DNA of 48,774 bases. Origin: Sulfurimonadaceae bacterium. Its GTDB lineage: Bacteria > Campylobacterota > Campylobacteria > Campylobacterales > Sulfurimonadaceae. This document shows, one piece after another, positions 19,839 through 29,360 of the stretch (positions within the stretch are counted from its first letter, which is position 1; the number at the start of each line of letters is the position of its first letter). The notes below the pieces were generated by a model. That model ran no database searches. It saw nothing but the letters and a program-made list of their open reading frames with translations, and was not told the origin of the DNA. The translations under genes were made by a program, and so were the position numbers. The stretch lies in assembly GCA_041571435.1 (NCBI GenBank), contig JBFFUI010000013.1, positions 1 to 48,774 of the forward strand, written 5' to 3'.

Positions 19839-21464
19839 TTACCGTTCAGTCTCCACTGGAAGAAAACTTTTAATCACGCTGAGCAGCTTATCCGGTTCAA
19901 TCGGTTTGCTGATATAATCATCCATGCCGGCTTGCAGGAAACGCTCCCTGTCTCCCTTGAGCGCATTCGCCGTTAACGAGATGATCGGGGTATGCTTCAG
20001 GCCTCTCTCTTTTTCTATCTGCAGAATCTTTTTGGTCGCACCGACACCGCCGAGTTCCGGCATATTCTCATCCATCAGGATCAGGTCATACTGTCCGTTT
20101 TTGAACTTATCGACCGCTTCAACACCGTTGTGTGCCATCTCGTATGTCACACCGGCATTGTCAAGGATGATGCTCAGGAACATCCGGTTGGCCTCATAAT
20201 CTTCTACGATAAGAAGATGGCCCTTCAGTGCGCCCTCGTCTCGTTGAAGGGGCTTTGGCTTCTCTTTGCTCTCCTCGCCTATAGGCATCGGTATAGAGAG
20301 CGTGAATATGCTCCCTTTGCCCTCTTCGCTTTTCAGCGTGAGCTCACCGCCGAGCAGCTCTGTCAACTGTTTGCTGATCGCCAGACCAAGACCGGTCCCG
20401 CCATACTTGTTCGTCGTACCGTCAACCTGCGTAAAGGAGTCAAATACCGTCTCTTGCTGTTTTTCAGGAATACCGATCCCGTAATCTTTAACCCGTATGT
20501 TTAATCGCCCTTTGCTGTACCATACACTGTATTTTACAGTGTCACCTTCGGATGAGAATTTGACCGCATTGGAGAGAAGGTTCGAAAGTATCTGTTTTAT
20601 TCGCAATACATCACTGTAAAGGGACTTCGGCATAAAGCGGTTGTAGAAGATCTTTAAAACAACCCCTTTTTCGGCTGCCTTTGCCTGAAAGAGTTCAGCG
20701 ACCGCGATCAGGTCATTGTATGGGTTAAAGTTGACCGGTTCGATATCCAGCTTCCCGCTCTCTATCTTGCTGGTGTCCAGGATGTCACTGATGATCTGAA
20801 GCAGGGAGTCGGACGAGTTTTTGATCACCTCGAGATAGCGAAGTTTTGCCGGGTCTGTCTCTTTTTCGTTTAACAGTGCGATAAAGCCGGTGATCGCATT
20901 GAGCGGTGTACGGATCTCATGAGACATGTTGGCCAGGAACTGGCTTTTTTGTCGGGAAGCGGCATCTGCTTCCAATTTAGCTCTGCGCAGCGCCAGGTTT
21001 GCCTCCTGCATTTTTGCATGATACTCTTCAATCTTCTTTTGATTTTTAATACTTTGCGTAACGCGCGAAAGCACCTGCTTGATCTGCTCTATGCCCATCG
21101 GCTTGAGAATAAAATTGGATATCCCCATATTGATCAGGGTAAGAAGATAACCGGCTTCATTATGTGCGGAGGTGACAACGATATTGGCTTTAGGATTGAT
21201 CATACGGATCGCCTCCAGCATTTTGATACCGTTCATCTTTGGCATGTTGATATCGGTGATAACAACATCGTAGTACGTATTGTTCTCTTCGTAAAACTGT
21301 TTGTACTTGCTGAGACCTTCTTCCCCATTGACAGCGACGTCAATGTGCTCAAAATACTCATCAAGCATATCCAGGGTACTCTCACGCACCATGTCGCTGT
21401 CTTCGACATACAGAACCGTCAAGTATTTACCCAACTCTAAATATGTCTGAATTTTATGGCTCAT
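19839..21464 (-). CDS. Hybrid histidine kinase REC-HisKA-HATPase-REC
   Basis: N-terminal VITDINMP receiver, FLANMSHEIRTPL, GGTGLGL, C-terminal ILMDENMP receiver. Confidence 0.92.
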   Translation of the reverse strand: MSHKIQTYLELGKYLTVLYVEDSDMVRESTLDMLDEYFEHIDVAVNGEEGLSKYKQFYEENNTYYDVVITDINMPKMNGIKMLEAIRMINPKANIVVTSAHNEAGYLLTLINMGISNFILKPMGIEQIKQVLSRVTQSIKNQKKIEEYHAKMQEANLALRRAKLEADAASRQKSQFLANMSHEIRTPLNAITGFIALLNEKETDPAKLRYLEVIKNSSDSLLQIISDILDTSKIESGKLDIEPVNFNPYNDLIAVAELFQAKAAEKGVVLKIFYNRFMPKSLYSDVLRIKQILSNLLSNAVKFSSEGDTVKYSVWYSKGRLNIRVKDYGIGIPEKQQETVFDSFTQVDGTTNKYGGTGLGLAISKQLTELLGGELTLKSEEGKGSIFTLSIPMPIGEESKEKPKPLQRDEGALKGHLLIVEDYEANRMFLSIILDNAGVTYEMAHNGVEAVDKFKNGQYDLILMDENMPELGGVGATKKILQIEKERGLKHTPIISLTANALKGDRERFLQAGMDDYISKPIEPDKLLSVIKSFLPVETER

Positions 21465-21585
21465 TTATTTTGCTCTCCGTTCCTATCTGTCCACTTTATC
21501 TATTATACATTAAAAAACACCCGCCATCCGAATAGAGCTACCTTTTCGGCGTTTGTCTCTATTGCAAACTAACCATACGCAACAT

Positions 21586-24500
21586 TTACTTCTCTTTGCC
21601 TAGCAGGCTGCCGATCTTCTCTAAAAGATGCGGCGGCTCGATCGGTTTTGCAAGGTAGTCATCCATACCTTCATCGATAAAGTGTTGTCGATCACCGATC
21701 AGGGCATTGGCCGTCAATGCTATGATCGGCGTATGTACCAGCCCCTGTTCCTCTTCAATCTTCAAGATCGCTTTGGTCGCGCCTATACCGTTGAGCTTTG
21801 GCATGTTCTCGTCCATCAGGATCAGATCGAACCTTCCTTTGCTAAACTTTTCGACAGCCTCCACACCATTTTCTGCGACCTCATAGGTCAATCCGGCACC
21901 GCTGAGTATGATACCGACAAACATGCGGTTGGCTTCGTTGTCCTCGACAAGCAGCAGGTGCCCATCAAGATTGCCATGCTCCTGCTGCACCTCTTCGCTG
22001 CTCACATCGCTATCCTCGCCGAGTGAAACAGGCACAGAAAAGAAGAAGGCACTCCCCTCACCCAGGGTACTTTCGACTTTAAGTTCTCCTCCAAGCATCT
22101 CGACAAGCTTGGCACTGATCGTCAAGCCAAGCCCCGTACCCCCGTACTCTCTTACAATCGACGTGTCCGCTTGCGCGAATGACGCAAAGATGTGCTGTTG
22201 CTTATCTTCCGCTATACCGATACCGTTGTCTTCGACTCGTAAATGCAACTGCCCTTCATCATACGTTATCATGCAGCTTATCTTTCCCTGCTTGCCGGTA
22301 AACTTGATGGCGTTGGAGAGGAGGTTGGAGAGCACCTGCTTCAGTCTCAGAACATCCCCATGCAGTGTCTTTGGGATGTTTTCATTGCATCTGATGCCAA
22401 GAGCGATCTCTTTTTCAGCCGCTTTTGCCTGAAACAGTTTTGCCGTGCCGTAAAGCTCTTTCTTCGGCTGAAAGTCAACCTCTACGATCTCCAACTTTCC
22501 GCTCTCGATTTTGCTGCAGTCCAGAATATCGTTGATGATCTGCAACAGTGTCTCGGAAGAGTTTTCAATGATCTCAAAATACTTGCGTTTTGACTCGTTG
22601 TGTTCATCTTCTTTGAGCAGAGAGATAAAACCGTTCATTGCATTGAGCGGTGTCCGGATCTCGTGCGACATATTGGCCAAAAACTCACTTTTCGAAGAGG
22701 AGGCACGTTCGGCCTCTGCCTTGGCTGCCTCCATAATCGTATGGCTCTCTTCCAACTTACGTTTTGCCTCCAATATCTCTTCGGTCTTCTGCTTCTGTTT
22801 CTGGTAGGAGTCCACCAGCATACTGTTCATCAGAGCCAGTGTCTCTTCCACCTCTTTACGCTCGGTAACATCCAGGAACGTTCCCTGAACATAGACGATC
22901 TTCTCCCCGTCACGGACAACTTTTATTGTGGCCGAGATCGTCCGGTTTACACCGTCTTTGCGAACGATGTTCCAGCTATGCTCGCTCCCGACCTCCTTGT
23001 TATTCAGAATATCCCGTAAGTTTTTTCGGTAACGTGCGCGTTCTGATGGTACCAGGTAAGAGAGTATGGTTCGCAATGCCGGCGTGAAACTCTGCGGTAC
23101 CTCCCCCAATAACTTGTAGAGTTCATCACTCCATCTTATCTTATGCTCTTTAATATCCCATTCCCAGCTTCCAAGATGTGCGATACTTTGCGCTTCCATC
23201 AACCTGGCTTCGTTTCTGGCCATCTTGTTTTCGAGCGCCTTTTTCTCACTGACATCCGTATGGGTTCCCAGCATCCGTACCGGTCTGCCTTCCTCATCAA
23301 AGATGGTCTTGCCGCGACCCAGGACCCATACCCAGTGCCCATCTTTGTGTTTTAGTCTGTGCAGGTTTTCATACTGCTCTGTCTTACCCGAAATATTGGC
23401 TTCGAAGTCCGCAAAGGTCTGCTTCATATCATCAGGATGGATCCGGCTCTGCCACTCCTGAAACTCATTTTTTAGTTCATTTTCATCATACCCGAGCATC
23501 TCTTTCCAGCGTTTGGAAAAATAGATCGTATCTTCCACCAGATCCCAGTCCCAAACGCCATCGCCTATCCCGGCCAGCGTCAGTTCATACCGCTCATTGA
23601 TGCGCTGTATCTCTTTCTCTGCCGCGAGACGTTCGCTGATATCAACCGATATCGCTACAAGCTGCGGTCTGTCCTCCAGATCGATCCGCTGAAAATGTGT
23701 CTCTACAGGGTAGGTCGTGCCATCTTTACGGCGGTTTTCACCCACAACCACCCGATGTTTCACACTTCCGTCACGCAGTGACTGAAGGGCACTCTCCATC
23801 TCGTCTCTGTCGCCCGCGCATAGATTGGACAAGGATATGCTTTTCATCTCATCATGCGTGTAGCCGAGGCCGTGGATCGCCGAACAGTTCGCAAAGGAGG
23901 CATTGTCACTATCGAGTTCAAAAATGTAGACTTCATTCACATTGAGATTCAAAACAGTGGCAAGTTTTTCCTGTTCTTTCTGCAGCATGGTCAAGACCGT
24001 AATGTCGGAAAACGCCCCCAGTACGCCGATGACCTCACCCGATGTATCCCGCAAAGGCACTTTTGAGATCGAGACAATCATCGCATCATCGCCGGGCAGA
24101 TCGATATTGCTTATATAGTTTTTATGCGCCTTTCCCGTTGTAATGACCTCTTCATCCGTCGCCCGATAAGCCAAAGCATGGTTGTGCCAGGCAAAGGCAA
24201 AATCATCTTTGCCTACGATCTCTGATACATTTTCGACACCGGCCATTTTTGCGAAAAGTGCATTACCGCCAATGTAGTTTTTATCCCTGTCCTTCCAAAA
24301 AATGTAGATCGGCAGCGCATCCAGAAGCTCCCGTAAAAACTGGCTCTCTTTGTGCAGCGAGTCCGTCCGTTCCTGCACCAATTGGTTCAAACGCTGATTC
24401 AACGATTCAAGCTCATCGTTCTTTTTCTCTACACTGCGGGTCAACTCGACTTTTCGGTTGGTATAGAAGGACAAAAGAAGAAAAACACCCAGCAACGCCA

Positions 24501-25473
24501 GGGAGACTGCGGCCACTCTCACCCAATAGTCAACGCCCAGGAAGATGCCTTTGACATCTTTTTGAAAGAGTGTGAAAAAAGCTTCGACCTGCTTGGTTTC
24601 ACCCCTTTTGACCACCAGGAAAGTGACCTGCTTGTCAAACATCCACTTATCCAGCAAGATTGAAAAGGCATCGTCTGAGACCATTCTATACGCGATCTCC
24701 TCTCGGCTCTCATCTCCATAAAGATGGTCCAGTATATCTTTCGGGTCATCAGGCGTCCCCGCTTCCCTCATCATTTTCAGAAAATTTTCGTTTTCAAAAC
24801 TTTTTCGATACTGCTCTTTTTGAACAGTTGAGAGCATCTCTTTATTGACAATAAAATGGAGATGGATATCCAAGAGTTTTTCAAGTTCGTCGACAAACTC
24901 CATAGGCGAAACTGAGAACTCCACACAGCCTATATACGCCTTATTCTTGTCAAAAAGAGGATAGACGAACCTGAAAAGACCGGCATGTTTTCCGACTTCA
25001 AACCCCTCTGTCGGCAGATGGTCACTGTTGACCCTGGCGACACCGGAGAGAATACCGTTGATCTCATATCCCACCCGTTCGGGCGCGTTCATACGCATAA
25101 AACTGTGGTTGTCCGGCAGATAAAAATGCATCTCTTTGAACTTTTGTTCTCTGATACTCCGATAGTTCTCATGTAAAAGCGATGCCATCTCTATTCGAAG
25201 CGCTTTTTTTCGCTCTTCATCGGCTACTGCGGCCTCACTGAAAAGCGCTATCACCTCGGGGTCTGTTCTGACAGCGGCATAGGCCATTTGCGATACTTTT
25301 TGAAACCCGCTGTAGAGGCTGGTATAGGCCTCTTCCGCCGTAGCCGTCTGGATCTTCAGAAAGTCCTGAACGACATATTGCTGCCTGTAGTACAACATGG
25401 CTATCAGCAGCGTCTCTAAAAGAAGAAAAAGCACAAGAAGGAGTTTATTTTTAAAAATGTACACTTTTGCCAA
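21586..25473 (-). CDS. Membrane hybrid histidine kinase: periplasmic Cache-like domain + 4 PAS + HisKA/HATPase + REC
   Basis: Two TM segments flanking a region with GFEVGK...FRFVYPL, PAS repeats, FLANMSHEIRTPL, ILMDENMP; start uncertain (TTG 25473 or GTG 25464). Confidence 0.9.
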   Translation of the reverse strand: MAKVYIFKNKLLLVLFLLLETLLIAMLYYRQQYVVQDFLKIQTATAEEAYTSLYSGFQKVSQMAYAAVRTDPEVIALFSEAAVADEERKKALRIEMASLLHENYRSIREQKFKEMHFYLPDNHSFMRMNAPERVGYEINGILSGVARVNSDHLPTEGFEVGKHAGLFRFVYPLFDKNKAYIGCVEFSVSPMEFVDELEKLLDIHLHFIVNKEMLSTVQKEQYRKSFENENFLKMMREAGTPDDPKDILDHLYGDESREEIAYRMVSDDAFSILLDKWMFDKQVTFLVVKRGETKQVEAFFTLFQKDVKGIFLGVDYWVRVAAVSLALLGVFLLLSFYTNRKVELTRSVEKKNDELESLNQRLNQLVQERTDSLHKESQFLRELLDALPIYIFWKDRDKNYIGGNALFAKMAGVENVSEIVGKDDFAFAWHNHALAYRATDEEVITTGKAHKNYISNIDLPGDDAMIVSISKVPLRDTSGEVIGVLGAFSDITVLTMLQKEQEKLATVLNLNVNEVYIFELDSDNASFANCSAIHGLGYTHDEMKSISLSNLCAGDRDEMESALQSLRDGSVKHRVVVGENRRKDGTTYPVETHFQRIDLEDRPQLVAISVDISERLAAEKEIQRINERYELTLAGIGDGVWDWDLVEDTIYFSKRWKEMLGYDENELKNEFQEWQSRIHPDDMKQTFADFEANISGKTEQYENLHRLKHKDGHWVWVLGRGKTIFDEEGRPVRMLGTHTDVSEKKALENKMARNEARLMEAQSIAHLGSWEWDIKEHKIRWSDELYKLLGEVPQSFTPALRTILSYLVPSERARYRKNLRDILNNKEVGSEHSWNIVRKDGVNRTISATIKVVRDGEKIVYVQGTFLDVTERKEVEETLALMNSMLVDSYQKQKQKTEEILEAKRKLEESHTIMEAAKAEAERASSSKSEFLANMSHEIRTPLNAMNGFISLLKEDEHNESKRKYFEIIENSSETLLQIINDILDCSKIESGKLEIVEVDFQPKKELYGTAKLFQAKAAEKEIALGIRCNENIPKTLHGDVLRLKQVLSNLLSNAIKFTGKQGKISCMITYDEGQLHLRVEDNGIGIAEDKQQHIFASFAQADTSIVREYGGTGLGLTISAKLVEMLGGELKVESTLGEGSAFFFSVPVSLGEDSDVSSEEVQQEHGNLDGHLLLVEDNEANRMFVGIILSGAGLTYEVAENGVEAVEKFSKGRFDLILMDENMPKLNGIGATKAILKIEEEQGLVHTPIIALTANALIGDRQHFIDEGMDDYLAKPIEPPHLLEKIGSLLGKEK

Positions 25474-25558
25474 ACCTTAACCGATAATTACCGTATATTC
25501 CTATTAATTCTATAGTATTTTATTTTAAATTGACTATAGCTGTTTATCTATCCGATGT

Positions 25559-25578
25559 CTGTAGGATTAATCCTACAG
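25559..25578. promoter_or_regulatory. Palindromic operator box 1 (TGTAGG-N6-CCTACA)
   Basis: Perfect 20-bp palindrome CTGTAGGATTAATCCTACAG; the 18-bp core starts 22 nt from minus-strand gcTATAGT (25538-25533). Confidence 0.8.
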
Positions 25579-25730
25579 GACGTAAGCTTTACGCCTCTTG
25601 TATTAACACCACTATATGTAATATATTATACATACAAATGGGGCTTTTTAAAATTGTCCCCGAAAATGAAGTCTGCAGAGGTTTTTATTTCTCTTTCTTC
25701 TGTATAATCCTCCCGCCGAAAGGAGCGGAA

Positions 25731-26036
25731 ATGCCTATCAACAGAGACCAGATAGCCGAAAGGCTAGGATTTAAACGCAGTGACATCGATATGCTGCTTG
25801 CTATGTTCAGCAAAAATGCCGCGACATCTTTTGAAGAGATGCAGACAATGATAGCTGAAAAAAATATGCAGGGGATCGCCGATGCCGCCCATGCAATAAA
25901 AGGTAGTGCCGGCAACTTGAAACTGGATAATATCTACAACCATGCTCTGATGATCGAAATGGCCGCAAAACAGTCCGAAGATCTGGATTATGCCGCAGCA
26001 CACGAACAGTTGGGCAGACTGCTCGATGCCGTATGA
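25731..26036 (+). CDS. Free-standing Hpt protein
   Basis: AHAIKGSAGNL motif; ATG 25731 after AAGGAG; TATAAT at 25703-25708. Confidence 0.88.
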   Translation: MPINRDQIAERLGFKRSDIDMLLAMFSKNAATSFEEMQTMIAEKNMQGIADAAHAIKGSAGNLKLDNIYNHALMIEMAAKQSEDLDYAAAHEQLGRLLDAV

Positions 26037-26072
26037 TCCAGATGCGGCAAGACTATTAGGTGAGTAGAAGCT

Positions 26073-28280
26073 ATGAATGAGCTTTTGACAAAGCAGTTGC
26101 GTGCAAGTTTTGGAGAAGACTTTGACCAGGAGAATCTGAGCGACGAGCTGAAAGACTTTGTTGCTAAGGTGCAGCAGTCCTATACCAAACACGAACGTCA
26201 GACAGCACTTCTGGACAATACGCTCAACCGTCTCTATAAAGAACTCAACGAGTCAAACAAATTCGTCATAGAAAGAAACAATGATCTCTATGAACTTCTT
26301 AAAGAGCGTTCTAATGCGCTGTCGGTTCAGACCGAAGAGGCGGATAAAGCGCTTAACCTTCTCAGTCAGTACAGAGAGGCGATCGACACCTCTCTTATTG
26401 TTACGATGACCGATCCTGATGGTATTATTACCTATGTCAATGACAACTTCTGCAAGATCAGCGGATACTCTCAGACAGAGGCTGTCGGCCATTCGCACAA
26501 TATTATTCGTCATCCGGATACCCACACGAAAGTCTATGACAAACTGTGGTCGGCACTGCACAATAAAAAGATCTGGCACAGCACCATGCGAAACCAGAAA
26601 AAAAATGGTGGCACCTACTACGTCAGTGTCAGTATCATCCCCTTTCTTGATGTGGATGGAACGATCATCAACTACATGTCTATCCAGGAGGATATTACGT
26701 CCAAGGTCGTGGCAGAGCAAAAACTGAAGACGGAACAGGCACGAACGTCTGCGATCTTCAACCATCAAGAGAGTGCCGTTATCATCTCCAATAGAGCAAG
26801 TGGAATCACTGAGGCCAATAAATCGTTTTACTCCCTCTTTGGCTTTAAGAACCTCGATGAGTTCAAAAGACAACACCGTTCTATCTGTGAGCTGTTCCTG
26901 TCCGAAGAGGGCTATCTTGCCCCAAGTACACCAAGACGACACTGGGCTGATGATATCTTTGAACATCCCGACAAGGTCCACCGTGCGCGCATCAGAAATA
27001 AAAATGGTGACATCGCGACCTTCAGAGTTCACGCACGCTATATCAAACTTGATGGCAAAAGGTCGATCTTGAGTACCTTTACAGATATCACTGATTCTGA
27101 ACTGCTTCGCGTCAAAGCGGAAGAGGCGAAACAGGCCAAATCAGAATTTCTCGCCAACATGAGTCATGAGATCAGAACACCGCTCAACGGTATCTTCGGC
27201 TTTTTACAGCTGCTTGAAACGACAAAGCTCGACAGCATGCAAAAAGAGTATGTTGATATCGCACAAGGCTCTATGAAGACATTGCTTAGTGTCGTCAATG
27301 ACATTCTTGATTTTTCTAAAATCGAGAGCGGTAAAATCGAAAAGACCTTTACCGAACTGTATACACAGCAACTCTTTGAGAGTATCTACGAAAGATACAT
27401 CGCCGTTGCACAGAAAAAAAATATCACCTATACACTGAAAATCGATCCTAATGTACATGACCAGCTCTTGCTTGATGAGCTGCATATCCGACAGATTATG
27501 CAAAACTTCATCAACAACGCCCTCAAATTTACGCCGGACAATGGTTCGGTCACGGTTAAGGTGGATCTGCTCTCAACACATGATGATACGCAGCGTATAC
27601 GTATCGCCGTAGAGGACACAGGTATCGGTATCGAAGAGAACAAACTTGAGACCATCATGCAGCCTTTTTCCCAGGCAGACTCCAGTACCACACGAAAATT
27701 TGGCGGAACAGGGCTTGGGCTAAGTATCAGTAAGTCTCTTATCGAACTTTTGGGCGGAGAGATGGAGATTATCAGCGACGAAGGCAAAGGCAGCACCTTC
27801 TACTTTGAGATCGACACGCAAATGTGTCACCAATCAGTGTCACACAAGAAGAAAGACACCACCGAGGCAGAAAGTACATCATCAGACACTGCAGCAGAGG
27901 TAAACGAAAGTGAACCTATGAACATTCTGATTGCGGAAGACTATGAAGTGAACAGGATGTTCATCAGCATGCTGCTCAACAACTATGGCAACCTGACCTA
28001 TGACTTTGCCACAAACGGCGAAGAGGCGGTCAATATGCTAAACAAAGACCCTTATGACCTTATTTTGATGGACATCAACATGCCGGTCATGAACGGCTGT
28101 GATGCCACACTTGCTATTCGAAACGAGCTGAAGATTGATACGCCGATCATTGCGTTGACTGCCAATGCCCTTGAGGGGGACAGAGAACGGTTTTTAGAGC
28201 TCGGTATGAATGACTACCTGCCAAAACCGCTTGAGATTGCCGACGTGGACAAAATGTTGAAAAAGTATAGACCGCACTAA
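26073..28280 (+). CDS. Cytoplasmic hybrid histidine kinase: coiled coil + 2 PAS + HisKA/HATPase + REC
   Basis: First PAS is of Aer/NifL type (YVNDNFCKISGY...HNIIRHPD...LW); FLANMSHEIRTPL; ILMDINMP. Confidence 0.92.
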   Translation: MNELLTKQLRASFGEDFDQENLSDELKDFVAKVQQSYTKHERQTALLDNTLNRLYKELNESNKFVIERNNDLYELLKERSNALSVQTEEADKALNLLSQYREAIDTSLIVTMTDPDGIITYVNDNFCKISGYSQTEAVGHSHNIIRHPDTHTKVYDKLWSALHNKKIWHSTMRNQKKNGGTYYVSVSIIPFLDVDGTIINYMSIQEDITSKVVAEQKLKTEQARTSAIFNHQESAVIISNRASGITEANKSFYSLFGFKNLDEFKRQHRSICELFLSEEGYLAPSTPRRHWADDIFEHPDKVHRARIRNKNGDIATFRVHARYIKLDGKRSILSTFTDITDSELLRVKAEEAKQAKSEFLANMSHEIRTPLNGIFGFLQLLETTKLDSMQKEYVDIAQGSMKTLLSVVNDILDFSKIESGKIEKTFTELYTQQLFESIYERYIAVAQKKNITYTLKIDPNVHDQLLLDELHIRQIMQNFINNALKFTPDNGSVTVKVDLLSTHDDTQRIRIAVEDTGIGIEENKLETIMQPFSQADSSTTRKFGGTGLGLSISKSLIELLGGEMEIISDEGKGSTFYFEIDTQMCHQSVSHKKKDTTEAESTSSDTAAEVNESEPMNILIAEDYEVNRMFISMLLNNYGNLTYDFATNGEEAVNMLNKDPYDLILMDINMPVMNGCDATLAIRNELKIDTPIIALTANALEGDRERFLELGMNDYLPKPLEIADVDKMLKKYRPH

Positions 28281-28376
28281 GCGTCTATGCAGCTTCTGAT
28301 AGTATAGATGTTTTAGAGAAATGGTACCGGACGGTACCTGTAATGTGTGCAAACGTTAAGAACGCTTGCTGAGGGA

Positions 28377-28910
28377 TTAGCTTAGCCCCAATACTGCTCT
28401 GATCTGGTTAGGCATATAATATTCAAACTGTTTAGGGAAGATGAAAAAATCGATTTCACCTTTCGCATCATCCAGTTCACTCCATTCATCAATATCAAAG
28501 TTGATAGCGACAATACCCAATGTAGGGATCTTCGAGATATGTTCAGCCGTCAGCATGTTAGCCAGATCAGTCACTTGGGGATTGTGACTGACGACTAAAA
28601 TACTGTTGAAGCTATTGTCTTCCAACATCAAAGTCTCTTTGAGCGTTTCAGGCTTTGCAAGATACAGTTCCTGAAGATAATGCCTGGGGCCTTCATATTC
28701 CATTATGTCCGCCAGTCCATCTGCCGTCTCTTGTGTTCTTAGAGAACAACTTGCAAGAACAAGATCAGGTGATATACCGCGTAACTTCAGATACGAGCCC
28801 ATCGTGGTAATGTCACGTTTGCCTTTTTTTGTAAGGCCCCGTTCAAAATCACTTGCTCCGGGATCTTGCCAGTCTGATTTCGCGTGTCGAATAAGGTATA
28901 AAGTTTTGAT
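28377..28910 (-). CDS. sixA: Phosphohistidine phosphatase SixA family
   Basis: Manual translation upstream of ATG 28802 gives IKTLYLIRHAKSDW...DFERGLTKKG, then RTQETA and VSHNP. Probable ATC start at 28910-28908. Confidence 0.85.
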   Translation of the reverse strand: MKTLYLIRHAKSDWQDPGASDFERGLTKKGKRDITTMGSYLKLRGISPDLVLASCSLRTQETADGLADIMEYEGPRHYLQELYLAKPETLKETLMLEDNSFNSILVVSHNPQVTDLANMLTAEHISKIPTLGIVAINFDIDEWSELDDAKGEIDFFIFPKQFEYYMPNQIRAVLGLS

Positions 28911-28944
28911 ATTGGCACCTTTCTATCAGTTACTGTTTGTAAAC

Positions 28945-29334
28945 TTAGAGCTTTCCTAGTTCAATAGACATTGATTTAGAAGCTTTGTCCATGATCATTT
29001 TAGCCAAAGCAACATTTCCATCATCACGGAAAATTGAGAAGACGTTCAGTTTTGTGTTGTTGTCAGAACTGAATTCACCTGCACTGTTGATAAGGAATAC
29101 GTGTCCGTCAAGCGTCTTTGCTTCAATAGAAGCTGCTTCACTGAAGCCGACGTCCAGAGAAGATTCTGAAACCATACGATAGGCATCATTGAAGATACTT
29201 GCAGAGTAAGCGATATCTGTACCCGTGTTATCATTGTCGATGTAAAGTGTCTCACCAGAGTAGTTTAGCACGGCAGAACCAAGGTATCCGTTAACTGAAC
29301 GGAGTTTTTTCATAGAATTGTCAAAATCGATCAT
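28945..29334 (-). CDS. Roadblock/LC7 (MglB)-like small protein
   Basis: 129 aa with pattern helix-V.GYLGSAVLNYSGETL...helix...beta strands-GNVALAKMIM, typical of the roadblock fold; AAGGA RBS. Family call is by eye. Confidence 0.6.
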   Translation of the reverse strand: MIDFDNSMKKLRSVNGYLGSAVLNYSGETLYIDNDNTGTDIAYSASIFNDAYRMVSESSLDVGFSEAASIEAKTLDGHVFLINSAGEFSSDNNTKLNVFSIFRDDGNVALAKMIMDKASKSMSIELGKL

Positions 29335-29360
29335 TGTTTTATCCTTTAGATTTTATTTTT

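Noticed and set aside
25530-25730. Longer N-terminus for the Hpt ORF (likewise the 1256, 5346, 7031 and 40723 starts)
   Set aside because: The extensions run through promoters or upstream genes; downstream starts have a better RBS or domain boundary
26253-27032. 259-aa minus-strand ORF
   Set aside because: Antisense shadow of the PAS hybrid kinase
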